A stretch of 61,031 nt of DNA, counting the filler, from Circinaria calcarea (Eukaryota), in the NCBI GenBank assembly GCA_051942165.1. It is 8 parts of 8 records of this genome, joined end to end, with 100 filler letters (N's around TTAATTAATTAA, not from the genome) between each part and the next. Parts side by side here need not be neighbours in the genome. Positions count along the whole stretch, not along the records: positions 45,875 to 53,403 come from JAVECS010001304.1; positions 53,504 to 61,031 come from JAVECS010001305.1; 6 more parts are not named here. One strand, written 5' to 3'. The translations under genes and the position numbers were made by a program. Of this stretch, positions 47,445 to 60,389 are shown one piece after another; position 1 is the stretch's first letter, and the number at the start of each line of letters is the position of its first letter. The notes below the pieces were generated by a model. The model ran no database searches and was not told the origin of the DNA. It saw nothing but the letters and a program-made list of their open reading frames with translations.

Positions 47445-50299
47445 GGCGATGGCGATAATTTGCTCGACGCGACCAACAGTCCGTTGAACAGGCTCCGGTA
47501 TCTGGATAGCCTCCTTATCAAGGCCAGGATGGGTTCTCCTCCGGTCCGGATGGCTTTGCTGCACGTATCGGACTTGCTTGTTCCGTGCTCGTGCTGGTCC
47601 TGCGGAATAGGACCGCCCGGCGCCGCCTTCTTCAGAAGAGTCCCGAAGCCGGATGTTCAGCGGATCTTCCTCGCTCGTAAGTTGCTCTGCTAAATCACCC
47701 GTATCACCGAAAAACGAGAAGTCCGAGCCAGCCGAATCAGAGGAACGACGGGAGCCCGGTTTCTCGTTGCTGGCCTGGAGCAACGAGGCCGAGTGCTCGT
47801 CGGACAGGCGGGGAGGAGGTATCAGGGTTCGGAGGGGGATATTGGCAGGTCGGAAAGGAGTTGAAGAAGGAATTTTGCCTGATGGGGGCTGACCAAGCGC
47901 AGCCCTTCGGTAAGGATAGAGGTCCTCGCTGTGAAATGTAGGTGTGTGACGTTGGGTGGAATGGATCAGCGTCGAGCACGCGATAACAGCCAATGATATT
48001 GTTGGGCGGAAGATCTCGATGCGAGCGGGTCACGCATTGGTAGCCGCAGGTGCTAAAGGTAAAGATGGAGAAAAAATCTTCTTGCACTCAATCATCGAAA
48101 CTGCACGAGATCTACGGAGTACGAGGTCGTTGCTAGAGGGAAGGCGAGAGAGACCTGGTGCAGCAGACTGCTGGCAGTTGAGCTGAGGCCAGCACACTAT
48201 CACCAAACGGGGCACTAGACTGAGGTCCCTGGACATTCAGGGTTTTCAGGGTTTTCAGGGTCCCCCCCAACCCCCACGTGCCGAGTGAAATACGCTTGCG
48301 GAGTCATCCTCATTGCTCGAGGCACTTCCAGAACTTCAATAGCCCTACTTCAGACCTACCCGTAGCCAACGTAGAGGGCGCAACAGCCATCACCTGCGCG
48401 CAAAGAGTCTTACCGTGCGGGGAATCGGAACCACACGTGGCCTACATGAAGACGTTTCCATGCTTTCTCCGAGTGCTCTGCCCAGAAGGATCATCCGGGA
48501 CGCCGGCACACAATAGGATCAATATAAACTCACTCGGTGATTGGCACAACGCAGAGCAAATGATTTTCTCAACGGTTATTCTCGATTGGCTGAAGCGCAA
48601 ATGCCTACGAAAGATGCAATAGGTATGGCAGGGAAAAGATTTCCTGAGGCCGAGCAGTGGGTCAATCTCGTGGTTTTCCCCTCACTCTCAACGCCGATGC
48701 CGGACTCCTTGGCTCGTAGGAGTCAATATCAGGTGGTACAGCCTAGCACTCGACCTATGTTCTCTAAGAGCAGCTGCTCTCTCCGACTGTCCATCCAGTA
48801 GATGGACTACCAGTTCGACCTGCTTATTTTTTTTCGCGAGGAAACCTCAATATTCCGAAGACATGTGAAGGAATTGAGGGAGCTTTCTTGCATTCGTCAC
48901 TATTTGTTCATCGCAGATAGGCCCCGCATACAAAGCAATCAGTGTACTGTAACTGGATGGAAGCAATCGATGACGGTGTTGCAACAGTGGTTGCCGATGA
49001 TAGGCAATCAGTATCTGAGGGGCGCCGCGTTATGGCTGCCTTTATCGAGTCTCTTTAACCGGACTCCTCTACGTTCAACCTTCTTGTTATTCGATGAGCT
49101 GCGATTCCGGTGTGAGGAGTCCTGCAGTACCATATTGTTGTTCTTGGCAACGAGTCTTGCTCACCGGCCTCGAATCTATAGCACAGCCATGTAGCAGAGT
49201 TGCACCCGTCGGGACCACATTCCGAAAATTGCGCCGAATCCGTACCGAACCAAGTACTTGGGAACCAGCGAGTAACGTGCTTAAAATCGATGGTATTATT
49301 GACCTGATGTTTGCTGCTGGGCAATGCGGATTAAGTTACATAGAAACTGACCCCGAGTTTTCAGGAGCGGGAGCCATTCCATCAATTATCATTGTCTGAT
49401 CGGGAGAGGAGATATATGTGAAACAGAGGCTCAAGTGTCTTTAGGCGTAGGAAGAAGAAAAACGTCCGAGGGGGCCAGGAACGAAGGTGGGGGATCTCTC
49501 GGACAGGCATGTTTCATGTCATGGTTGATCGACATCCCCAGGAATATGAATAGAAACGGGAATTACCTGCATGCCCACCGCTTGTCCCATTCAGGTTGTA
49601 GATCTACCAACAAGACCGCTGAGGTAGAAATGATTCTGCTCGAGAGATTATAGATGATGAGCAAAATTGATGATCAGGCTATCCACCAAGAAAGATGGAC
49701 GGGCTGAGGCTGGGGCCAGAGCCGACTCGAGTCTGGGCGCAAGGACGATGCAGCTTCCGAAAACGATGGTTTCCGTAGATGTTCAAGCCGCCTATCCAAA
49801 GTATTCATCAGTGGGATCATCTTCGAAGCTCTGCGACAACTACCAACAGCAATTGGGACGTGGCTGAGGTTGCGGGTACAACGGAGCGGCTGTTGTTGCT
49901 GCTCGCAGCTGTGCCTTGTGCCTTGTGCCTTGTGCCTTGCTTCAGACTCAAAAAGTACAAAGGGGCCCGAGCTTGGCCCGGAGATCTACCCGCCTCCTTT
50001 GAATCTTGGATTCGCAAAAGCAACTTGGTTTCTTTGACGAACCTCAAGTTCACGTCGACGCCTTGTCTTCTTGGTTTGCAACACCAGACTTCCTGTCCAT
50101 TTCAGCGCTCTGGCGGCCAAACAATCCGACGCCGCGTTCATTCACCCCATTGCACTTTCGCAGGACATCCACGCGAAGCGCTAAATGTCTGTCGCATAGG
50201 CTAAATTCCAGTGATCAACAAAACGGGAGGCTATCGCAAACACCAGAGTACACTGGGTGGCCGGATTGAAGACGGTGCACACGTTCTGTATCGCTCGCA

Positions 50300-51525
50300 A
50301 TGGGCTCTACGCAGTTTGGAAACTTCCATGTAACCTTTCCGTGTCTCGTATGGGCAATACCGTTGCTAATACGGTGCCATTTAGGATTTCTGTCGGGATT
50401 CCACCCTACCAGTCTGCAACGTAGGTCAAACCAAACCGGATGGATGCTTTCATGGTCCGTGGCCATCTCGAGGCTAACCAAGCCTCTCTGTAGCTCTTCC
50501 GCAGAGCACCAATCGATGGCCGCAACGGCTTTGGGGGATGCCTGTTAACAGGAATATCTTTAAGCAATGGCCGACAACTGGCGAACTTGGGTGGGTTAAT
50601 TCCTATCAATTTTGAAAGTAGAGTAGCTCATGAAGATTCAGGGTCTATACTGCTCTGTGGGCTCGCGATCCTTGTTTCTATTTTTCTTATATTCAGATCG
50701 GAAAGAAAGAAAGCTGCGGTTGGGCGACGGTATGATCCGTAATTTGAATACGTTGAGTCTGGGATACTAAAGACTCACCAGAGAGATTCAATTGTTCCTG
50801 ATCGGTTACATTATTGTCGAAATCTGTGAAATCTTTACCGTCGGAGGCTTCCCACTGAGCAGCAATGTCCGCCTCGTACGTTGACCTTGATCCTGTCCAA
50901 GCATTACATTCACTCACGTCATGATAAGGGCTTCACAGCTGTACATCTGGGGGCGATAGTAGCAACTTTATGGGTCTTACTACTTAATGCCGTGGTCGGC
51001 TACCAGTTACTCGATGACGGGACGCCGCTTTCGATTGGTGCGATCCTCATTTCAGCTGTAGCTTTATTCATTGGAACTGGATACATCGCACTCGACACGG
51101 GGTTCAGCTATACCGGCCGCTTCGACCCGAGTCTACAAGATCCAAATCGAAATATCGGCTTATATGTACTCTACCAGCTTGTGCCTCTGGTGTTTCTTTT
51201 CTTCTTCTTCGTCTTGGAAACTATCCTTGTTCTGAGAGTATTAGGTGAGAAGAAACCAATGCGTAAGTACTCGTTTCCCATGATCGTTACCTAAACTTAC
51301 ACATATGCAGTATACCTAATTGCCGCTGCGCTCTTATTTGCCATTGGCCAAATCTTCCAATACGTTATCAGCACGCATATTTGCCAGTCAACGAGCGGGA
51401 GAATCGATGGTGCTCTATTTGAGACGCTATTCACCTTGGCTTCAGTGGTTATGATATGGGTCTTCTGGTCCAGCATAACGGAAGACGACTGGCCTATGCC
51501 GGTCACTGAGAGTACCTATACATAG
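50300..51525 (+). CDS. Chs7-family chitin synthase export chaperone (CSE-8-like paralog), 7 exons
   Basis: MGSTQFGNFH|DFCRDSTLPVCN|..LANLG|SILLCG..SERKKAAVGRR|EIQLFL..EIFTVGGFPL..|GFTAVHLG..LLNAVVGYQLLDDGT..IDGALFETLF..FWSSITEDDWP; multi-TM. Confidence 0.9.
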
Positions 51526-52098
51526 CAGGAACCCTTCCCTATTGTCTCTCCTATCTTATGTTATGATTGATGGCAGTCCTAATCCGAGATTTAATGTCGG
51601 TCAGTGGTAAACAACATCTCTTCGATCGCTGCCTTTTGGAGAGAGTTAATGGTTTAATGGTGATGGTCACTGTATCAAGAGATCATTGATAGAATACAAG
51701 GGCCGAGCGAATCTCACTGGGCTAGGGAGGCTCTTTGGCGTTAGCGAGGATGATTACCGCGCAATACCCACCGCACATGTACATATATTTAGAAATAAAA
51801 GTATGAAACTGTGCAGCATAGTTCATGGTTGTAGTGCTGTAAGAAAAAGCCTATCATAGACTGCCTTTCAAGGACACGGCGAGTTGGTCGTCGCTTGACT
51901 CTTGCGACGGTCTAACGGGAATATATTAGTTCTGGGGCCATCAAAGTGAATCTCCTCGTATATTAGATGCGTGGGATAATGTGTGGCCGGTAGCATCAAC
52001 TGATTTGGGGTTGAATTTCACCTCTTGGAGAGTGCCAAAGCCGGGCATGTTGTCCACTTCGACCCGCTTCCAGCGAAATTGCTGAGACTCTTTGAACA

Positions 52099-53403
52099 AT
52101 GGCGGAGTCAGACGATGAGTACGTTCAGGATATCTCCGATGGCGACCTCGATTCTCATCTCGTCACTCGTGGAGCCGGAGCCGGGACAAGATCCTCTGGG
52201 GTGAATCCTCGAGGAGGACTTGGAGGATGGGAGGTGACTCGGACCTGGGAAAATGTCGTTGAAGGTGCGGATGGCACAATCAACTCGACGGTCGAGGGTT
52301 TGCTCGAGGCAGGCAAGAGAAAACGGTTCGGGGATACTCCATAGAAATGCAGCTTCAGGGGAAGAGTCTGGGCTGATGCTGTTTTCCGTTTCAGATTACT
52401 CAAGGACACCACTCCTCTCCAACGAGGCATCATCCGCCATCTTATCCTGATTATGGATCTGTCCTCTGCCATGACGGAGAAGGATCTTCGCCCGACCCGC
52501 TATTTACTCACGTTACGCTACGCCCAAGACTTCGTCCATGAGTTTTTTGAGCAAAACCCCATCTCCCAGCTTGGTATCATCGGCATGCGTGATGGTTTAG
52601 CCGTTCGGGTCAGTGATATGAGCGGCAACCCAAACGACCATGTGGGGAGTTTACAAGCTCTGAGAGCGGAAGAACCAAAGGGCAATCCCAGCCTTCAAAA
52701 CGCTCTTGATATGGCTCGAGGAGCTCTATTGTTCGTCTTCTATTCCCCTTTCCATCCTCTGCTCCTCCTTTCTACCGCTGAGGAAGACGTCAAAGACTAA
52801 TAGCCTCCTTTACCTCCGGGACAGCCATGCTCCTTCCCACGGCACCCGTGAGATCCTCCTCCTTTTCGGCTCCCTCCTTTCCTCCGACCCTGGTGACATC
52901 CACACAACTATAAACTCCTTGGTACACTCACACATAACCTGTACCGTCATCGGTCTCGCTGCTCAAGTTGCTATTTGTCGTACTCTAGTCTCTCGCACAA
53001 ACCCGGGTTTGAATTCGGATGAGGCGTACGGGGTTGCACTAAACGAACAACATTATCGTGAATTGATCATGCGCACTACCACTCCTCCCGTTACCGCCGC
53101 CAATAAAAGTGCGGGATTAGACGGAAGGGATGAAAGGGAGGAAGAAGAGGCAGGAAGGAGCAGTCTACTTATGATGGGCTTCCCCTCGCGGATCGTGGAA
53201 GCAGCGAAGAGCCTGTGTGCATGCCATTCACGCCCCACAAGAGGAGGGTACTTGTGCTCAAGGTGCAGCAGTAAAGTCTGCTCGCTTCCCTCTACTTGTC
53301 CGGCTTGCGGTCTCACCCTAATTCTCTCAACACATCTCGCTCGCTCGTATCATCATCTCTTCCCGCTGAGAAATTGGAAGGAAGTTAGCTGGAAGAGAGC
53401 TGC
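52099..53403 (+). CDS. SSL1: TFIIH subunit Ssl1/p44, 3' end cut by contig edge
   Basis: vWA domain (LQRGIIRHLILIMDLS..DLRPTR..FFEQNPISQLG..PSLQNAL) and zinc module LCACH..GYLCSRCSSKVCSLPSTCPACGLTLILSTHLARSYHHLFPL; two introns. Confidence 0.96.
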
Positions 53404-53503
53404 NNNNNNNNNNNNNNNNNNNNNNNNNNNNNNNNNNNNNNNNNNNNTTAATTAATTAANNNNNNNNNNNNNNNNNNNNNNNNNNNNNNNNNNNNNNNNN
53501 NNN
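53404..53503. other. Artificial contig linker
   Basis: N44-TTAATTAATTAA-N44. Confidence 0.99.
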
Positions 53504-54049
53504 TTCCCCTCCATCCATACCTTTCCCCCGCATTCCTAATCCGTCTCCCTTCTTTTCCACCCCAACCATCCACGCTGTCAAGTCCCCCTCTCCTCCTCTC
53601 CTTAGTCCCTTGGCCCCCTTTTCCCACCCTCCATTTTCTTTCCGTCCATCTCGACCGAAATCCCGGCTCCCGGCTCCTACAGTATCGTACATCCTCTTGC
53701 CCCCACTTGCGCCACCGCCGAATTGGTTGGAGAGTTTCAGACTCCGAGACGCACGCCATGATGTAGAGCCGGTCAGACGGTTGTCGGACCGTTGATGGCC
53801 GGTGGATGAGGAGCTCCAGGGATCGATGGTTTGGCGAATGGGTTCTGCGGCTGTGGTAGGCGGAGGAGGGCGTGGCTTGATCAGGTTGGAGGTCAGGGAA
53901 GAAGGATTTCCTGCTTCTACACTACCAACGCCCTTTCTCCGATCTCCAACGCTAGAGCTAGAGTGCTTTCGAGGGGCGTATGATTCCGCGCTTGCTTGCG
54001 AGCTTGCAAGTGGAATCGGTTGATGTGATGGGGGAGGGGAGTTTGACAT
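53504..54049 (-). CDS. N-terminal part of a conserved fungal protein, probably BRCT-domain; cut by contig edge
   Basis: DPWSSSSTGHQRSDNRL..WRASRSLKL..QFGGGASGGKRMYDTVGAGS..GRKENGGWEKGAKGLR matches, from recall, the N-terminus of small Pezizomycotina BRCT proteins. The BRCT domain itself is not in the window. Confidence 0.65.
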
Positions 54050-57000
54050 TGTGGAAAGTCGAGGCGAAAGAAGAGCCGGACTTCCGACGGGAGTGTCAGT
54101 GTATTGGGATGTTGGGGGGACGTTGGATTGCTAGGGTCTCGAGAGAGAGAGAGGAGACAGAGAGTTGCGCGCTGAGGTGAAGATGCCGCGTCTACCTTAG
54201 GCGTTCCAGTCCATGCGGACAGATGGGATGTGTCGCAAGATCAAGCAGGCAGGAAGCCGAGCAGAGGGAATCTGGGGTACATGAGCCTAGTCTCGTCTCT
54301 TGCAAAGCGGCAGAGCCGATTGATCATGGATGGCGCGCATTGCAGCAGAGTGGGTACAGAAGCCGCGAATTCGACTGGGGGAGATGGAGAGATGGAAAGA
54401 TGGAGAGAGAGAGATCGTCGACTGTTCCTACTGGACGACCAGTGTTGCTCGGGAGATTGGGAGGGTTGGATGTGGCCATCTCCGTCCTTCAGGGTCCGAG
54501 GGTCCAAACCAGACTTGAGCTCGGAATGAGCCGACCGTCGAATCAGAAGGGCGCAATCCCGCAAATCTCGACATTTTCCCCCCCGACCCGACTGTCCGTA
54601 TGTACATCATGCAAGTCATCCGTCAAATTACGCCATCACAGCAGAAAGCACAAGCAGTCATCCATGCGTGTCTGCAATCCACGGTACACGGCCGAATCGA
54701 TTGTGTAGACCGGGCATGCAAGGTACCAGATCCAACTCGCGGCATCCGATTTAGCGCTGCAGCAAAAGACTATGTACAAGGGCGCTGCAGGCTAAGCTCT
54801 TGTCATCACATCTGTCGACCTGCCCGTAGCTCTATCACACTGCCGCCGTCGCCGTTTTTTCCTGCAGTACGCGCACCTCTAAGCCAAACGCCTTCCGCCA
54901 ACCGAGTTTCGAAACGACGCAGTCGGCCGATTAAGCTGAAGATGCGCCATCGGAAGAGAGGCACGGAGCGGAGGTTCGACAAGAACATCACCTTGCCTGC
55001 CGATCGAGCTCGCTTCCATTGCACTATCCCAGGCCTCGTCTTTCCTGCTCCGTCTCTTCCCTCGCAGTGTATTGCGTCTCGATCGGTTACAAGCGCCCCC
55101 GTTTTGATTCGTATCCCATCGACTCCCTCCTACTATTCCATACCCTCCCAAAGCTCGCCGAGACCTATAGGGTCGATCCCCCGTGGTGGCGCCGGGCCTG
55201 CGACTGCGGCTATTAGGTCGGTCACAAGAATTGAGGACGTTTGGTAGATACTAGAGGTTGCACGGGTTCACGCTCAGAAGGCTCCACACAGACGTAGGTA
55301 CATTATACGTTGAGAGCCCAAATGGTCGGGAAGCCAACTAGAGCAGCCGTTGTATCTTGCCATATATCTCGTGGTAGCGAGATTTGCTTGAGTGTGTTTG
55401 CTTGCCAAAGAGCCCGAGATTGATTGCGAGGCTGGAGATTGACCTGATGAGCGGAGGAAAAGTTGTGCGAAAATAGAGAGAATAGATACTTACATCACAA
55501 TCAACGCTACAACCGACCTAGTAATTCCAAAGCATTATAAGATTTGCTGTGAAGGTTGACACAGAATGGGACCCCACGGCCGATACGGGGGAACTTTCGT
55601 GGGAGACACGGATTCAGCAGCAGAAGGAAGAAAAAAGACACAAGCTCCCAATGATGCATGTGGATGGTAGCTGACCAAACGACACCGCCTGCCCCTACTT
55701 CCTGTTACCTCGGCAGAGTCATCCACTGAGGCTCAATCCCGAGAGTGTGATGACAGTCTAAAAATGGACAGCATGACGAAGGACACCATCCCACATCCTA
55801 AGCATGTAGGTTCGACTGCACTCCCATCTGTTCAGTCTCCGCAGAATGACTGATTGACGCTCGGAATTGATGCCGTCTTGGCCGTTTTGGCCAGCCCAAA
55901 CCCTCGAGCTGTGACACCTTCCCTTCATTGCGGGGTGAACAATGGAAGTGGAGATGTCCAAGTGGAACGGGAGAGCCTAAACCGGCGGGTTTAGGACAGC
56001 AGTTGGGACCATCAAGCTTCGAGAGACCAGGGCACCGTCTGACCGAACGGAAGTCGCGGCATCTACTGTACACAATGAAGACGTATGAATGATAGAATAA
56101 GCCCCAACTTAGTTCTAACGTTGAGCTCCGGAGAGTAGGTTGGCGAGCAGATCCAGACGGAAGGAGCTGGGAGTGAGACAGGAGCGCGTGTGTATGATGC
56201 ATTCGAACATGGAAACTTGGTCAGAACAAACCATCCCACTCCTCCCCCTAAGCCTTCTAATACGAAGGTGAGGATGAAAATCTCCGATCCAGGCCACCTA
56301 CGCTTCTGGCATAACAACAACAAAGCTCACTCCATTTCATCGTCGTGGACCCCATCGGGCTGCTTGTCGCAGGCACATGAAATCATTGACTTCACGCAAT
56401 CCGGCATACTCCCCTCCCCGCATGCGGTCTCGGACTTCTCGGGGTTAGCTGTTGCCGGCATGCTCAGTTCTACCCGGCGGTCTCAGCAATTCACAGCCCC
56501 TCCCCGCCCACAATGGCCCGTGTGTGCCGGAGAAAGGTTACAGGACTGGGACATTGATATGGGGCCAAACGGCGGTGAGGACAGTGATTGGCCTTCAGCT
56601 TTTGAGGATCGACATCGGTTCCCCATGCAATCCGACTATTGGACAGTGGCTGGTTGGCGGCATGGGTTGATCCTTCGTGAGCTGCCCGGAAGATCTTTCT
56701 TGGGGGTGTGCAGAGCAGAGAGGCAGCGATAAGCTGCCGCGAAGTCGATGCAAGGCCGTTGGGAAATTGAGAGGGTTCGACAGTTCAGATACCATATCGG
56801 TGCCGTCGGATCAGCAGGACTAGATCCCTAGGTAATCTGCTCTCCCTAGCGTATCGGCGCCCCCGGGCTCCAGGCGCAGCAGTAGCCAGACAGGCAGTCT
56901 CCCTTCCTTGCTCGGGTCTAGTCCTCCCCCCGCACGATTGGTGAGTCGATGGGTGCTTGACGGTTGATTCGAAGCGGAGGTGGGCATCGAAGAGATTGCA

Positions 57001-60000
57001 GGGAGTTTGTTGAAGAGGCGACATCGCAACGCCTTGGCTATCAGAGTTCGACGTGGCTTGTTCTGCCTTGCCCTTATCGAGCCGCTGTCTCGATAGATTA
57101 AGAGCTAAGGAACTAGGGTGGCTGGCGACGTGGCCGACGGTGATTGGACAGGATGTTGCTCATTCTCGTGACTGGGGAGCGAGCTCGGTCACTCGGTGGC
57201 AGTGGCACCTGGTCGCCAGGCCCATGTCCTGGTAGCTATCGAGGAGCCTCGATGACCTTTTGTGGCCGACGACGATGCCAATCACAGCACGACGGGTCTA
57301 GCGGAGCCAAACCTTTTCATCTCGACCAGGTTACTCGATATTGGGAAGATCTTCGTACGGTACGTTCCGCCGGTGATTTATTGGGCATGCCGAACCCTAG
57401 GTATTCACAATTGATCGTACATGCGACTCGCATATTGCCTTGGCAACCTGCCAGATTAAGATCTGGTGAGTGGAGATGGCTATTCGTCCATCCTCTGCGC
57501 CTCTTCGGTAGTGTCTTTGGCCCTGCTGCCGCCAGTCAAGGGCGATGCTGATGCAACACCAAAAAACCAACCATCCACTCGAAACACCTGACAGACGCAT
57601 AAATAAGGCGCCAATAAATACTCGCATATGCAGCAGCGGGCTGATGCATTGCACTACAGGGGGGCCGCTGAAACATGACGAATGGGATTTCTGCCTCGAT
57701 TGTGCTGGGGCATGGGGTACGGATAGGCTAAGGTGCAGCTTGCTGTCATGCTAGTCATAGAGTAGCGCCAGGTGGAGAAGGGAAAGAGAGGTCGAAAGGA
57801 TCTGGCGCGCATACGGAGGTTGACCACTAAAGGGTTCTGGAGAATCCGACTTTCTCTGCCCGTTCCGCATTCAGTCATCTGCGTCGATGGAGTAGGGCAT
57901 GATCGACTATGGGGTTGGTGATACTTTCAGTCATCTGGCGGAAAGGAATGTTCGAGCTCGATCAGCGCGACCTTCTCTACCTCCATGCCTGAAGACGAGA
58001 AAGCTATGTCTCGGAAGGGCAGTAACGAAACGAATCACCTGTTTCTGTCGGAGTCTAACGCTTTGTGCGGGAGGCTGTCATGGCTACATTGTTGGCCGTG
58101 TTGGAGTAGCATCTAACTGATGGTGTGGGGTGCTTCTGAGTAGGTTGATTTCCAAAACCCGGATCCAGCGCCAGTTGTCGAAGATCTAGAACCTTTTTCG
58201 TCTCGGGGACATCGGAACTCTGTACGCTCCGACCAGAATGAAGGCCCTTTGACAAACAAGGGAAAGAGGCCACAAGATGTCGATGACCTCATGCTTGATG
58301 GTTGGCTCTTGAAAACGGCAAGGCATAATCGATCGCGGACAATTATTGGTGCTCCGTATGTACAAATGGCGGATGGGGGATGCTGAAACATTAATGCGAT
58401 GTAGTGCTAGGTTAATTTCGTGCATCACCACGTATTACTGTCCGTTGCCCTTGCATAATGCACTCCATGTCTCTCCATGTCCATGAGGGACATTTCAGTT
58501 GCTGAAACACCCGGTTCGCCATGGACGGATGATGCCGCAGCCGCGTTGGACGACTGAGGTTATCGACTCCAGCTTCATTCAGCCTTGATTCCAAGGCCCT
58601 CGTCGAGGATGAGCCAAAGGCCGTTTGATCTGTCGCTCATGTGTTTCGCCAAGTTTTCGTTGGACCGATCGGCTTCGAGACCGAGTCATGCTTGCTGATG
58701 GCGCGATTGCTGAGCGTCGTGTAGACTGGCGATAGGGAAATGGAGATGGCGAGCGGAGAGATCGCTTGGCCAGTACGTCCCGTCATGTGGTAAGGGGAGG
58801 TGAAGATGGAGACGAGTGCCTGAAGATTCCGAGCATGTTCTTTGCTGTCCTGCCATCCGTTCTCGTCGTCTTCCATTCTCGTTCGAGTTCTCGACGCGGG
58901 CGGCGCTTCCGGCGAGGGGGTTTCCTGCCAGCGCACCCTCTCCACCCCGGACCCCTAGACAGCGCCCCTTGGCCCTATCAGATTTGGCCGTTGTCCCCCC
59001 TCGGCGGATGCACCGTCATTCTCGTAGACTCGTAGATCCAAAACACACCCAGGCTACGCCGCTTTCGCCTTAGTCGAATCGTGCTGCAGCCGGCTCAGAG
59101 TGCGCCCGTAGCCAATCCGTATCGGGGCCTCCAGACGTTCGCCATGATGCTTCCGTCAGAAAAGCCAGCTGTTCGAGGGGTGGGTTGCAGGGCCTCAACT
59201 AGCCATTCCAATGAAATCTTGCTCCCACCCTCCTCGGGCAGGTCATTGGCCGATTCCAACCTCCTCTCCCGGACAATCATCAGTCTTTTGAATACGAGTC
59301 GGAATGTCCCAGGCTGGAGACTGTCTGAGCTCGCTTCGGCACAGAAGAGACCCCCTGTGGTTGGACGATCCGATCTTCGGTCTCAGGGTCATGATGAATC
59401 TGAACAATGTTCCTGTCACCGTCGGTGGTAGGATGCCTCCGATGATCATCCCTTCAATCAGGGGACAATTCGGATGACGCCGCCGGCCTTGGACTGTTGC
59501 TATGATACGATACCGGTCGAAAGCAAACCACAAGACGCTTTGGGCAAAGACATGCTGCCAATCAAGTCCCCACCATCCCCATGCCCCACTCTCGATAACC
59601 CGCCGTATACTATCCCGGCTTCGCGATCCTACGCTAGCATCAGCCGGGCTAGCTCGACGCGGCTACACTTGCTGCAAACGCTTCCGCCAAACTCAGCGTC
59701 TGCATCCTTTTCACCCCAACCTTTGGTTTCGTAGCGATCGTGCACAATCTTCACGCCTCCATCACCATCAGCATCACGGAGGCGGTATGAGCCTGACCCT
59801 CCTCGACCCTTTCTCAGGCGACACTGGTGAGCTGACAAAACTGATTGGTTCGACCAGAACCGTTGGTTGGAAGGCTAGGGCGTTGATTTGCCGGTCACAC
59901 AACGGCGTTAGCACGGGGATCATCGACAGCGAAAAGGGTCGGGAGCTAAGGCCTGGGGAGGGAGCGCGACGTGCTTCATTCGCTCTGCTCTGCTCTGTTC

Positions 60001-60326
60001 TGCTCTGGGCCAGGACCCCGGATAAAGTATCCTGTGGTCAATCAGCGAGAAAACGATGATGACGCTAACCGTTCCGACGACAGGATGAGGGTCTAGTGCA
60101 CAGTAGGAAGGGGAAAGAGGAAAAGAGCTGGAAAGGCATCGCGATGATTTGATTAGGGTTGTTCTGGTCGTTGACAAGCTCGTGTGGATGAGTGGATCCC
60201 GATGCTTTCGCTTACCTGCAGCTTTGTCTAGGCACTTTGATCCGCTGCAGCTTGGGCCTTAGCGTCGAGGTCTCTTTTCCTTTCTGTTCGGCTCAGCCCA
60301 AAGAGCAAGCCGACGCTTATGAGAGG

Positions 60327-60389
60327 AGCAGGGGCCAGGGGCCAGGGGCCAGGAGCCAGGAGCCAGGGGTCAGGAGCCAGGAGCCAGGG
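60327..60389. repeat. 7-bp minisatellite (CAGGRGC)n
   Basis: About 9 copies of CAGGGGC/CAGGAGC. Confidence 0.85.

Noticed and set aside
49654..49707. ATGATGA ... CTGA resembling a box C/D snoRNA (similar C-box-like words at ~5361 and ~14855)
   Set aside because: Too short or lacking D/D' boxes, terminal stems and a recognisable rRNA guide.
7560..53503. Regularly spaced identical TTAATTAATTAA repeats every ~7.6 kb, superficially like an array
   Set aside because: Each copy is embedded in N runs and encodes stops in all six frames; this is an assembly-concatenation linker.
54223..56732. ORFs of 161, 215 and 180 aa in the last contig
   Set aside because: No recognisable domain and Arg/Ser/Pro-rich, random-like composition; some begin at non-ATG codons.
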